Origin: Bacteroidales bacterium
Lineage (GTDB): Bacteria > Bacteroidota > Bacteroidia > Bacteroidales > ML635J-15
Length of the DNA stretch: 64,000 nt
Direction of reading: 5' to 3'
Assembly: GCA_031284905.1 (NCBI GenBank)
Contig: JAITXI010000077.1
Location: 6,670-70,669 of the forward strand
Shown here in pieces: positions 1 through 9,254 of this stretch. A model generated the notes under the pieces. That model was not told the origin of the DNA. It made no database searches and saw only the letters and a list, made by a program, of their open reading frames with translations. Both the position numbers and the translations under genes were made by a program. Position 1 is the first letter of the stretch; each line of letters opens with the position of its first letter.

Positions 1-19
1 GTTATTTCTTAATATTTTT

Positions 20-1183
20 GTGCGAATTATAGGAAAAATAGCCCATCTTAACCATGATTTAAGTCGTGATTTTGATGTTATCGCAGTTTGTAAATTCAAA
101 GGTATGGGAAGTATAATACAAGCAACACCATTATTGCAAACTTTACGTATTCGCTATCCTAATGCCGAAATTATTTTTGTCTCTACAAAAGCAAATGAAG
201 GTATTTTATCAAAAATTGATTTAATTGATACAAGAATTTTATTAAATGATAAGAACTTTTTTACCTTAATTACATGTTTTTTCCCGTTTTTGTTTAGATT
301 GATTTTCAAAAAGATAAAAATTTATATAGATTTAGAAATTTATTCTCATTTTAGCTCTTTTGTAACAACAGCAAGTTTAGCAAAAAACAGAATAGGCTTT
401 TATTTAAGTTCAAGCGATTATAGTTTAGGTCTTTATACCCACATGATGTATTTTAATTCCGATTTTCCTATTTTTCAAGTCTATCTTCAAATGGCTCGAT
501 TATTGAAAATTAATAATATTTATACAAAATTATATGATTTCCAATCAATTACTTATAATAACGATTGTGGATTTATAAATAAAGATGAAAATTATTTTGT
601 AATAAACGTTAATGCTTCCGACTTACGAGTTGAAAGAAGATGGGATATTTTAAATTTTGAAAAATTAATTTTAGAATTAATTAAGTCATTTCCTAGTATT
701 AAAATAATTTTGATAGGCAGTAAATCAGAATACAATTATACACGAGCGTTGAACGAAAAAATTACTCATAAAAATATTATTAATTTAAGTGGCAAGACCA
801 ATATTGAAGAATTAATTTTAATTATAAAAAAAGCAAAATTAGTAATTACAAATGACACAGGACCAATGCACTTATCTTTTGCACTTAAAACAAAAACCGT
901 AGCATTATTTGGACCTTGCTCCCCTATTCAGTATGGAATTTCTGAAAATAATGCAATTATTTATAATAAGATTTATTGCAGTCCTTGTGTCCATGAATTT
1001 CTAAAACCTCCTTGTAAAGGCGACAATCAATGTATGAAACAAATTTCTGTTGAAATTGTATTAAATGCTATTAATGAATTACTTGATAATAATACCTTTA
1101 TAAACAAATCATATTCAGATGTAATTTACTGTAAATCAGAAGATAATACTCCATTAGGTATTATTAAGCGAAAAAATATGTAA
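20..1183 (+). CDS. Glycosyltransferase family 9 (heptosyltransferase-like)
   Basis: 387-aa ORF. The C-terminal motif LVITNDTGPMHLSFALKTKTVALFGP is typical of GT9 enzymes. GTG start with no in-frame stop between nt 2 and 20, so the true 5' end may lie outside the window. Confidence 0.75.
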   Translation: MRIIGKIAHLNHDLSRDFDVIAVCKFKGMGSIIQATPLLQTLRIRYPNAEIIFVSTKANEGILSKIDLIDTRILLNDKNFFTLITCFFPFLFRLIFKKIKIYIDLEIYSHFSSFVTTASLAKNRIGFYLSSSDYSLGLYTHMMYFNSDFPIFQVYLQMARLLKINNIYTKLYDFQSITYNNDCGFINKDENYFVINVNASDLRVERRWDILNFEKLILELIKSFPSIKIILIGSKSEYNYTRALNEKITHKNIINLSGKTNIEELILIIKKAKLVITNDTGPMHLSFALKTKTVALFGPCSPIQYGISENNAIIYNKIYCSPCVHEFLKPPCKGDNQCMKQISVEIVLNAINELLDNNTFINKSYSDVIYCKSEDNTPLGIIKRKNM

Positions 1184-1334
1184 AAAATAAATTAATTGAG
1201 AGTTAAAAATGGTTTTGCGTTTGTAACGCAAAAAATATCATAATTCTAAAAAATATTTTAGGTAGAATTTTTTCACCTGACAAGAAAGCTATATGGGTGA
1301 AACACTCTCTATAGGCAATTGACGTGGCGAGTTT

Positions 1335-1750
1335 TTATCCCCAAAACAAATATGACACAAAAATTGCAGCAATAATACCTGCAAAATCAGCAATTAATCC
1401 AACAGTAACAGCATATCTGGTTTTTCGTATTCCGACAGAGCCAAAATAAACCGCTAAAATATAAAAAGTTGTGTCTGTAGCTCCTTGAACCTGAGTTCTG
1501 GATAAGCGAGTAAAAAGAAAGAATAAAATACGTCTGTCCCAATAGTTGCTTCCATTGCTCCCGATGCTCGAAACATTCCAACTGCTACTAATATCGCTAT
1601 TAAATATGGTATTATTTTTATCGAAATACTAAATCCATCTTTTGCTCCTTCTATAAACGATTCATATACATTCACCCGCTTAAAAAATGCAAGTACTACA
1701 AAAAGAATTATTATTAAAAATAAAACAATAATTTCGGAAAATAATATTAA
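1335..1750 (-). pseudogene. Eroded spmB-like nucleoside-recognition (Gate) domain membrane protein
   Basis: The conserved N-terminal block (VNVYESFIEGAKDGF...IIPYLIAILVAVGMFRASGAM) and C-terminal block (GATDTTFYILAVYFGSVGIRKTRYAVTVGLIADFAGIIAAIFVSYLFWG*) lie in different frames. The roughly 45 residues expected between them are missing. There is no ATG upstream of the N-terminal TM segment. Confidence 0.6.
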
Positions 1751-1838
1751 TATAAATGATTATTCCGAAGGCGTATATTTTGTGAAAATATCAAACAATA
1801 AAGGAGAAAAGACATTTAAAATTGTTTTACAGAAATAA
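1734..1838 (+). pseudogene. Orphan T9SS C-terminal sorting domain remnant
   Basis: Translates to SENNININDYSEGVYFVKISNNKGEKTFKIVLQK*. This is the last half of a Por/T9SS CTD (compare GVYFVKIISENGFVFKKLIKQ* at 31970). No upstream ORF is attached. Confidence 0.5.
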
Positions 1839-2100
1839 ATATTAGGAATCTGACAAGAATATTTATATTTTATGAATAAAACTAATCCTCTTTTTGTTAT
1901 AGAACTATTATTGTTAGAATATAAAAGAGAAAAAGCAATGTGAATATTTTCATAAAAAAAAGCAACTACCATAAACCATTTGTAAATTTATTTAAGATAA
2001 AAAAATGAAGAACGTAACAGTTTATGATAATTGCCAATACAAAATTATAATATTTTTCAAAAATAAAAAAATAAATAATACAAATAAAACAATTTTTTCT

Positions 2101-2108
2101 TAACTTTG
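2101..2108 (+). promoter_or_regulatory. Bacteroidota-type -7 box (TAACTTTG)
   Basis: Exact TAnnTTTG match 77 nt upstream of the kdsD start. Confidence 0.45.
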
Positions 2109-2184
2109 TATTAAGTTAACAATAATAATAATATTACAATGAAAATTATCAGAATGGAAAAGATGAAAACTTTAAAAAAGTAAT

Positions 2185-3159
2185 ATGGAAAAAGAAAAAA
2201 TAATAAAAATTGCAAAAGAAACTATCTTTAAAGAAGCCGAGTCATTAATAAAAATAATTGATTTCATAGATGAAAGTTTCGCAATGATTGTTGAAAAAAT
2301 AATAAATTCTAGCGGACGAGTAATTATTACCGGAATCGGGAAAAGTGCTATTATAGGACAAAAAATTGTTGCGAGTTTAAATTCAACAGGGACTCCGGCA
2401 ATTTTTATGCATGCTGCCGATGCAATTCATGGCGATTTAGGAATTGTTCAGCCGGATGATATTGTTATTTGTATTTCAAAAAGTGGAAATACGCCCGAAA
2501 TAAAAGTTTTGATTCCTTTGATAAAACGAAATAATAATTTGCTGATAGCGATAGTTTCTGAAACAAATTCGTTTTTAGCAAATTCTGCCGATTATATTTT
2601 ACGAGCAACTGTTGATATTGAAGCCTGTCCGAATAATTTAGCTCCAACTTCAAGTACTACTGCTCAATTAGCGATTGGCGATGCCTTGACGGTAGCACTT
2701 TTGGAAGCAAAGGGTTTTACTTCGGAAGATTTTGCTAAATATCATCCGGGCGGTTCTTTGGGTAAAAAACTTTATCTTAAAGTTGATGATATTTATAAAC
2801 AAAATGAAACGCCAAAAGTTTTTTTAAATGATAATATTGTAAAAATTATTCAAGAAATTAGTAGTAAAAGACTTGGAGTTACAGCAGTTGTAGATGAAAA
2901 TGAAAAATTATTAGGTGTAATAACTGATGGAGATTTAAGACGTATGTTGATGAAATTCAAAAATAATTTTAATAATAATATTATTGCTGAAGAAATTATG
3001 TCAAAAAATCCAAAAACTATTCAAAGTGGAGAGCTTGCGGTAAACGCTTTAAAAATAATTACAAAAAATAGTATTACACAAATTATTGTTGTTGATAATA
3101 ATAATAAATATTTAGGATTTGTTCATTTACATGATTTAATGCGAGAAGGAATAGTTTAA
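2185..3159 (+). CDS. kdsD: Arabinose-5-phosphate isomerase (KpsF/GutQ family, SIS plus tandem CBS)
   Basis: SIS motif GIGKSAIIGQKIVASLNSTGTPAIFMHAADAIHGDLG. C-terminal CBS pair. 324 aa. Confidence 0.9.
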   Translation: MEKEKIIKIAKETIFKEAESLIKIIDFIDESFAMIVEKIINSSGRVIITGIGKSAIIGQKIVASLNSTGTPAIFMHAADAIHGDLGIVQPDDIVICISKSGNTPEIKVLIPLIKRNNNLLIAIVSETNSFLANSADYILRATVDIEACPNNLAPTSSTTAQLAIGDALTVALLEAKGFTSEDFAKYHPGGSLGKKLYLKVDDIYKQNETPKVFLNDNIVKIIQEISSKRLGVTAVVDENEKLLGVITDGDLRRMLMKFKNNFNNNIIAEEIMSKNPKTIQSGELAVNALKIITKNSITQIIVVDNNNKYLGFVHLHDLMREGIV

Positions 3160-3160
3160 A

Positions 3161-5164
3161 ATGGATTTTAAATTAATATCAGAATATAAACCAACCGGCG
3201 ACCAACCGGATGCTATTAGACAATTGACAAATGGAATAACTGCTGATGTAAAACACCAAACATTACTTGGCGTTACCGGAAGTGGAAAAACTTTTACAAT
3301 AGCTAATGTTATTGAAAAAGTAAATCGTCCGGTTTTGGTTTTAAGTCATAATAAAACTCTTGCAGCCCAGTTATATCAAGAATTTAAAGAATTTTTTCCA
3401 AATAATGCTGTTGAATATTTTATTTCATATTATGATTATTATCAGCCTGAAGCATATTTGCCAACAACCGATACTTACATAGAAAAGGATTTGGCAATAA
3501 ATGATGAAATTGAAAAATTAAGACTTAGTGCTACAAGTTCTTTATTATCAGGGCGTAGAGATGTAATTGTGGTTTGTTCGATTTCTTGTATTTATGGAAT
3601 TGGAAATCCTGAAAATTTTCATAACAATACAATTTCAATTTCTGTTGGAGATAAAATTATTAGAGATAAATTATTAAGACGATTAGTTGATAGTTTGTAT
3701 TCTCGTTCGGATATTGATTTGAGACGAGGGACTTTTCGTGTAAAAGGAGATACTGTTGATGTTTATATTTCAAATGCTGATATGATTGTCAGAATTTTAT
3801 TTTGGGATGATGAAATAGAAAAAATTCAGTTTATTGACCCTATTACTCAAATGAGATTTGATGAGGTTAATTCGACAAAAATATTTCCGGCAAATATGTT
3901 TGTCGCTTCAAAAGATACTATTCAGGAAGCTATTTATGAAATTCAAGCAGATTTAGTAACACAAGTAGAATTTTTTAAAAGTATTGAAAAATATGACGAA
4001 GCGAAACGACTTGAAGGAAGAGTGAATTTTGATATTGAAATGATTCAAGAGCTTGGTCATTGTAGCGGAATTGAAAATTATTCACTATATTTTGACCGCA
4101 GAAAATCCGGAGAACGTCCTTTTTGTTTGATAGATTGTTTTCCGGAAGATTTTCTGTTGATAGTTGATGAAAGCCATGTTACAATTCCACAAATAAATGC
4201 AATGTTTGGAGGCGACCATTCACGGAAACAAAATCTTGTTGAATATGGTTTTCGATTACCCTCTGCTTTTGATAATCGCCCTTTAAAATTTGATGAATTT
4301 TTTAAACTTATAGACCAAGTTATTTATGTGAGTGCAACACCTGCAGCTTTTGAACTTGCGAAATCATCAGGAGTAGTTGTTGAGCAAGTTATTCGCCCAA
4401 CAGGTCTTTTAGATCCTATAATTGAAATTAGAAGTTCAAAAAATCAAATAGATGACTTGATGAATGAAATAAATATTCGAGCAGAAAAAGAAGAACGTAT
4501 TTTAGTTACAACACTTACAAAAAGAATGGCAGAAGAACTTACAAAATATCTTACAAAATATGGAATTAGATGCAGATATATTCATTCTGATGTTGAAACT
4601 CTGGAAAGGATTGAAATTTTAGCCGATTTGCGTGCCGGAAAATTTGACGTTTTAATTGGAGTTAATTTATTAAGAGAAGGATTAGATTTGCCGGAAGTTT
4701 CATTAGTAGCAATTATAGATGCCGATAAAGAAGGGTTTTTACGTTCTGAACGTTCGCTAACTCAAACATCAGGACGTGCTGCACGACATATCAATGGGAA
4801 AGTTATTATGTATGCTGATAAAATTACAGGTTCTATGCAAAGAACAATTGATGAAAATAATCGTCATCGCGAAAAACAACTGAAATATAACAGCGAAAAT
4901 AATATCATTCCAACACAAATAATAAAATCTAAAAGGGAAGCAATTGTAAATCATCAAAAAACAGTAGAATATTATTATGAGCCAAGTTCGGATATTGATG
5001 TGGCTGCCGATCCTATCGTGAAATATATGACTAAATCTGATTTGCAAAAATTAATTAAAAAAACAAAAAAACAGATGGAAAATGCAGCTGCAAAACAAGA
5101 TTATTTAGAAGCTGCTCGTTTGCGTGATGAACTTTATGCTTATGAAAAACTTTATGATAAATGA
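3161..5164 (+). CDS. uvrB: Excinuclease ABC subunit B
   Basis: Walker A GVTGSGKTFT, helicase motifs, C-terminal UVR domain (AARLRDELYA), 667 aa. Confidence 0.97.
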   Translation: MDFKLISEYKPTGDQPDAIRQLTNGITADVKHQTLLGVTGSGKTFTIANVIEKVNRPVLVLSHNKTLAAQLYQEFKEFFPNNAVEYFISYYDYYQPEAYLPTTDTYIEKDLAINDEIEKLRLSATSSLLSGRRDVIVVCSISCIYGIGNPENFHNNTISISVGDKIIRDKLLRRLVDSLYSRSDIDLRRGTFRVKGDTVDVYISNADMIVRILFWDDEIEKIQFIDPITQMRFDEVNSTKIFPANMFVASKDTIQEAIYEIQADLVTQVEFFKSIEKYDEAKRLEGRVNFDIEMIQELGHCSGIENYSLYFDRRKSGERPFCLIDCFPEDFLLIVDESHVTIPQINAMFGGDHSRKQNLVEYGFRLPSAFDNRPLKFDEFFKLIDQVIYVSATPAAFELAKSSGVVVEQVIRPTGLLDPIIEIRSSKNQIDDLMNEINIRAEKEERILVTTLTKRMAEELTKYLTKYGIRCRYIHSDVETLERIEILADLRAGKFDVLIGVNLLREGLDLPEVSLVAIIDADKEGFLRSERSLTQTSGRAARHINGKVIMYADKITGSMQRTIDENNRHREKQLKYNSENNIIPTQIIKSKREAIVNHQKTVEYYYEPSSDIDVAADPIVKYMTKSDLQKLIKKTKKQMENAAAKQDYLEAARLRDELYAYEKLYDK

Positions 5165-5215
5165 GAATTTATGTAATTGTAGAGCGATTGCCTAAATATT
5201 TATTAATATTAGATT

Positions 5216-6451
5216 ATGATAAAATTTGAAAAATTTACATTAAATAACGGACTAAAAGTGATAGTCTGCCAAGATAAGATGTCAGCTCTTGTAAATATGA
5301 ATATTCTTTACAATGTCGGTGCACGAGATGAAAACGAAAATAAAACAGGATTTGCTCATCTTTTTGAACATTTGATGTTTGGAGGTTCGAAAAATATTCC
5401 TCACTACGATACAGTTTTACAAAATGCAGGTGGAGAAAATAATGCGTTTACAAATTCCGATTTTACAAACTATTATTTAACTATTCCAAAACAAAATTTA
5501 GAAACGGCATTTTATCTTGAATCTGATAGAATGTTGGAATTGAATTTTTCAAAAAAAAGTCTTGATGTGCAAAAAAACGTAGTTTGTGAAGAGTTTCGGC
5601 AACGCTATTTGAATCAGCCATATGGAGATGTTTCTTTATTTCTTCATCCTTTAGCATATAAAGTTCACCCTTATCAATGGACAACAATCGGGAAAAATAT
5701 TAATCATATTGAAAGTGCAACTTTAGGAGATGTAAAAGATTTTTTTTTCAAACATTATGCTCCAAATAATGCTATTTTGGTTGTAGTGGGAGATGTTACG
5801 ACTGAAAAAATATACAAATTATCGGAAAAATGGTTTGGTGAAATAAAAAAACGTAATGTGCCAATTCGTAGTCTTCCAGAAGAACCGGAACAAACAGAAT
5901 ATCAAGAATTAACTTTGGACAGGAATGTCCCAAATGATGCAATTTTTATGGCTTATCATACTTGTAGTAGGTTAAATGATAATTATTTTGTCACAGATTT
6001 AATTTCTGATATACTTTCAAATGGAAAATCTTCGTTTTTTAATGTAAATCTTATTAAAGGTAAACAACTTTTTTCAGGAATTGATGCATATATTTCAGGC
6101 TCTTACCATTCCGGACTTTTTCATATTGCAGGAACTCTTTATCCAAATGTTAACTTTTCTCAAGCAAAAGAAGCTATTAATATAGAAATTCTAAAAATTT
6201 GTAATGGTGATTTTACCGAAGCTATTCTTCAAAAAGTTAAAAATAAATTTATTGCTAATCAACAGTTTAATCAAATCAATAATTCTGATACTGCTATGGA
6301 TTTAGCATATTATGAGTGGCTTGGAGATGCTGAAATGATTAATTCAATTTCAGAAAATTATAGTAATATTACAAAAGAAAATATTATTAAAGTCGCTAAA
6401 CAAATTTTTAGAAATACTAATTTATCTTGCATTCTTTATAAAAAAATATGA
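5216..6451 (+). CDS. M16 (pitrilysin) family zinc peptidase
   Basis: Inverted zinc motif HLFEHLMFGGS (HxxEH). 411 aa. Confidence 0.85.
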   Translation: MIKFEKFTLNNGLKVIVCQDKMSALVNMNILYNVGARDENENKTGFAHLFEHLMFGGSKNIPHYDTVLQNAGGENNAFTNSDFTNYYLTIPKQNLETAFYLESDRMLELNFSKKSLDVQKNVVCEEFRQRYLNQPYGDVSLFLHPLAYKVHPYQWTTIGKNINHIESATLGDVKDFFFKHYAPNNAILVVVGDVTTEKIYKLSEKWFGEIKKRNVPIRSLPEEPEQTEYQELTLDRNVPNDAIFMAYHTCSRLNDNYFVTDLISDILSNGKSSFFNVNLIKGKQLFSGIDAYISGSYHSGLFHIAGTLYPNVNFSQAKEAINIEILKICNGDFTEAILQKVKNKFIANQQFNQINNSDTAMDLAYYEWLGDAEMINSISENYSNITKENIIKVAKQIFRNTNLSCILYKKI

Positions 6452-6464
6452 AAAAGTGTTTGTA

Positions 6465-8048
6465 TTAAATATCTTGCAAATAGATAATTCCCATATCGGC
6501 TTCAAATTTTGCTTGATTAAATTTAGTTGGTTCAAAATCAAAAACAGAATGAGCAGAAACTTTAAGGGAAGAATAATGTCCTATTTTTTGATATTCTAAA
6601 TCCATAGCCGGTAAATTATCAATATCATAATTAATATTAGTCGTGTTTTTATAGTCGTATCTTTTATCAAAACGAACTTTTGTTTTATAAGGTGCTGAAA
6701 ATTCAAAATGATAATTTTTATCATTACTGTAAAGAGTAAAATTTCCATTTTCGTCAGAATAAGTATTCATTCCTACTTTCCAAGATTCGTTCCAACCACG
6801 AATTACAGCACCTTCGATAGGTTTATTCGTTATTGAATCAACAATTTGACCTTTTAAGACAAAATTATTATATCCTACCATATTAAAGTAATTAACCGGT
6901 CTTTCAGAATTTTTTATTTTACTATATTTAGGTAAGTATTCAGCAAATTTTTGGATTTCCAAAACAGCAGGTTTCATAGTTCCTATTATTTTATATTTAC
7001 CATCACTTGTTGTTGTAATATCATCATGATTGAGCAAACTTACATAATTATTTTCATAATGTTGTTCTCCGATTTTATCTTGGAAATCCCACCAGCCGAA
7101 ACCTGCTGCACCACATTCTACACTATATTGAAAAATTTCTTTTGCAAATATAGCTTGGTCGGAATATGGAATAGAATCATTATCTGAAGGAAGACCTATC
7201 TCGCCAATAATCCAAGGTTTGTTTGTGTATTTACTATACCAATAAATTTCGCTTTTTACGCGTAAAGGATGGTAGGTATGAAAAGCCAAAAAATCTATAG
7301 GCAACATTGCAGGGTCCCATTCAAAAACCTCTATTGGCTCTGCTAATCCAATCGTAAGCATTTGATTAGGAGCATGTTCTTCCATCATTTTTTTCCAGTT
7401 AGAAACAACTTCAATAATTTCTTTTTTCCCTCCATTACGAGCTTCATCATAATATAGCGGCTCGTTGAAAAAATCATAAGCAAAAATAGTTGGATTATCT
7501 TTGAAATGCTCTAATAAATTTATTGTAAAATTTTCTTTTGAATTATCAAAAGGAGGTTTAAGTAATATTATTAATTTTAAATTTTCCTCTTCGGCAATTT
7601 TTACCATTTTATCTAAACCGGAAAATATTTTTTCATATTCTGTATCAATAGAAAAACCGGCATAATTATATCGGGGATTCTGTTCATCTCCATCATTTCC
7701 GAGAAAAAACAAAACTATCCGCATAGAATTAAATCCCATTTCTCTAACTAAATGAAAATGCCCTCTTAATTGTTCATAATTTTCAGTTTCTGTATTAGTT
7801 TCAAATTTTTCTATGTTTTCATATTGCATATATGGTGCAATAACACATTTATTGTCAATGTTTCTAAAATGAACAATATAATTTAACATTATTGGGAAAA
7901 AAGATTCATTATTTACTTCAAAATATTTACCATTTAAAGTAATAAATTTAGGGTCAATAATTTTTACTTTAGGTTTATTGCCTTTATTTTCCTTGCAAGA
8001 ATAAGTAAACAATAATAGGAAAGTTAATACAAATACAAATTTTTTCAT
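6465..8048 (-). CDS. Clan GH-A glycoside hydrolase (GH5-like) lipoprotein with C-terminal carboxypeptidase-regulatory-like domain
   Basis: FFNEP acid/base-type motif and IGEIG nucleophile-type motif. Lipobox LLLFTYSC. C-terminal GQIVDSITNKPIEGAVIRG. The ATG at 8048 is preferred over the TTG at 8090. Confidence 0.6.
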   Translation of the reverse strand: MKKFVFVLTFLLLFTYSCKENKGNKPKVKIIDPKFITLNGKYFEVNNESFFPIMLNYIVHFRNIDNKCVIAPYMQYENIEKFETNTETENYEQLRGHFHLVREMGFNSMRIVLFFLGNDGDEQNPRYNYAGFSIDTEYEKIFSGLDKMVKIAEEENLKLIILLKPPFDNSKENFTINLLEHFKDNPTIFAYDFFNEPLYYDEARNGGKKEIIEVVSNWKKMMEEHAPNQMLTIGLAEPIEVFEWDPAMLPIDFLAFHTYHPLRVKSEIYWYSKYTNKPWIIGEIGLPSDNDSIPYSDQAIFAKEIFQYSVECGAAGFGWWDFQDKIGEQHYENNYVSLLNHDDITTTSDGKYKIIGTMKPAVLEIQKFAEYLPKYSKIKNSERPVNYFNMVGYNNFVLKGQIVDSITNKPIEGAVIRGWNESWKVGMNTYSDENGNFTLYSNDKNYHFEFSAPYKTKVRFDKRYDYKNTTNINYDIDNLPAMDLEYQKIGHYSSLKVSAHSVFDFEPTKFNQAKFEADMGIIYLQDI

Positions 8049-8127
8049 AAATTTTTTTACAAAAATAATACTTTTTTTAATTTTAGACAACTTTACGATA
8101 GGGTAAACACATTATTTTTTTTATTTT

Positions 8128-8226
8128 TGCAAGTGCTTGATTATCAGACATATTTGTTTGGTTTTGTCAAATAGATATTTAATGCCGAAAAACAAATTCT
8201 GCAAATAGCTGATTATCAGAAACATA
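8128..8226. repeat. Two imperfect direct repeats (about 25 nt) in a divergent promoter region
   Basis: 8128-8152 reads tgcaagtgcttgattatcagacata. 8200-8226 reads tgcaaatagctgattatcagaaacata. The shared core is gattatcaga, which contains the TGATnATCA dyad. Confidence 0.6.
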
Positions 8227-8310
8227 CAACTTGAGCGTTGACCCTGAACTTTACGAATATTCATATAACAAAAAATGTTAAGAAAATGTGATTTTTAATA
8301 CAAAATAATA

Positions 8311-8318
8311 TAACTTTG
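8311..8318 (+). promoter_or_regulatory. Bacteroidota-type -7 box (TAACTTTG)
   Basis: Exact TAnnTTTG match 28 nt upstream of the ATG at 8346. Confidence 0.5.
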
Positions 8319-8345
8319 TGAATATAAAATTTAAAGATATCGTTT

Positions 8346-8840
8346 ATGAAAAAAAATATTATTTTTACAATACTTGTGTTTCTATTGTTAGCTTCTTCTT
8401 GTCGTCAAGAAGAACGTCAAGAAGAAGACGTTGATGTTACTATTTGTGATAATTTTGCGAAAAAAGAATCGAATTTTCATTATTTTGGTAAATGGAAGAT
8501 AGAAAATTTTGCGTTTACACAAAACGGTAATGAAATTGAAATAATAGAAGGGCTATCAGATATAACCATAGAATTTTTAGTTTCTTTTGATTTTTTAGTG
8601 TACAATAATTTAGATACAATTGAATATAGTTGTATTCAAGCAGGATCGGCTGTATTTTTTAACAGAAATGAAATAGAAATATCAAATTTTTCTGATGTGC
8701 TTAAAAAAATTGACCGGAGCTTGTTAAATTCGCAATGCTATTATATTACTAAAGAAAACGATTCCATTTACATGTATATTCATTTTATAAAATTTGAAAA
8801 CACTAATGTTTTGGTCTTAAAAAAAATTGAAGAATTATGA
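8346..8840 (+). CDS. Hypothetical lipoprotein
   Basis: Signal peptide plus lipobox LLASSC. 164 aa. The stop overlaps the next start (ATGA). Confidence 0.6.
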   Translation: MKKNIIFTILVFLLLASSCRQEERQEEDVDVTICDNFAKKESNFHYFGKWKIENFAFTQNGNEIEIIEGLSDITIEFLVSFDFLVYNNLDTIEYSCIQAGSAVFFNRNEIEISNFSDVLKKIDRSLLNSQCYYITKENDSIYMYIHFIKFENTNVLVLKKIEEL

Positions 8841-9232
8841 AAAACTTTAGTCCTAGCGTAAACAAAAAACTTATTTTTATTAGTATTATTACAACAATAT
8901 TATTTTGTTTGGCATGTAAAAAAATTGAAGAACATCCGGATCAAAAAGATTTGTATGGAAAGTGGATATATGAAAAAGACGATAAAATTAATCTGATTTT
9001 TGACGAAAATTATTTAATTGTAAATTTTAATGGAAAAACAGATACCGGTTTTTATAGAGTAAATGCGGGAGTTGATTTAATTTACATTTGGAAAGGGGAC
9101 GGTTTGCATGGAAATGTATTTACACAAGGGATTAATATAAACAAACGTAAAAACAAATTGAAGTTTACTCCTCTTATAGCTCCGGTAATTCCCGGAACAG
9201 ATGAAACCAATATCTACAATAAGAAAAGATAG
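8837..9232 (+). CDS. Hypothetical lipoprotein
   Basis: Signal peptide with LFCLAC lipobox. 131 aa. Translationally coupled to the upstream ORF. Confidence 0.6.
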   Translation: MKNFSPSVNKKLIFISIITTILFCLACKKIEEHPDQKDLYGKWIYEKDDKINLIFDENYLIVNFNGKTDTGFYRVNAGVDLIYIWKGDGLHGNVFTQGININKRKNKLKFTPLIAPVIPGTDETNIYNKKR

Positions 9233-9254
9233 CTTGTTTTTTTTAATTATTAAA

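Noticed and set aside
1213-1233. Hairpin TTTTGCGTT-TGT-AACGCAAAA after the GT9 gene as a terminator
   Set aside because: The T run lies 5' and the A run 3' of the stem on both strands, so neither orientation has a trailing U tract. It is not a convincing intrinsic terminator.
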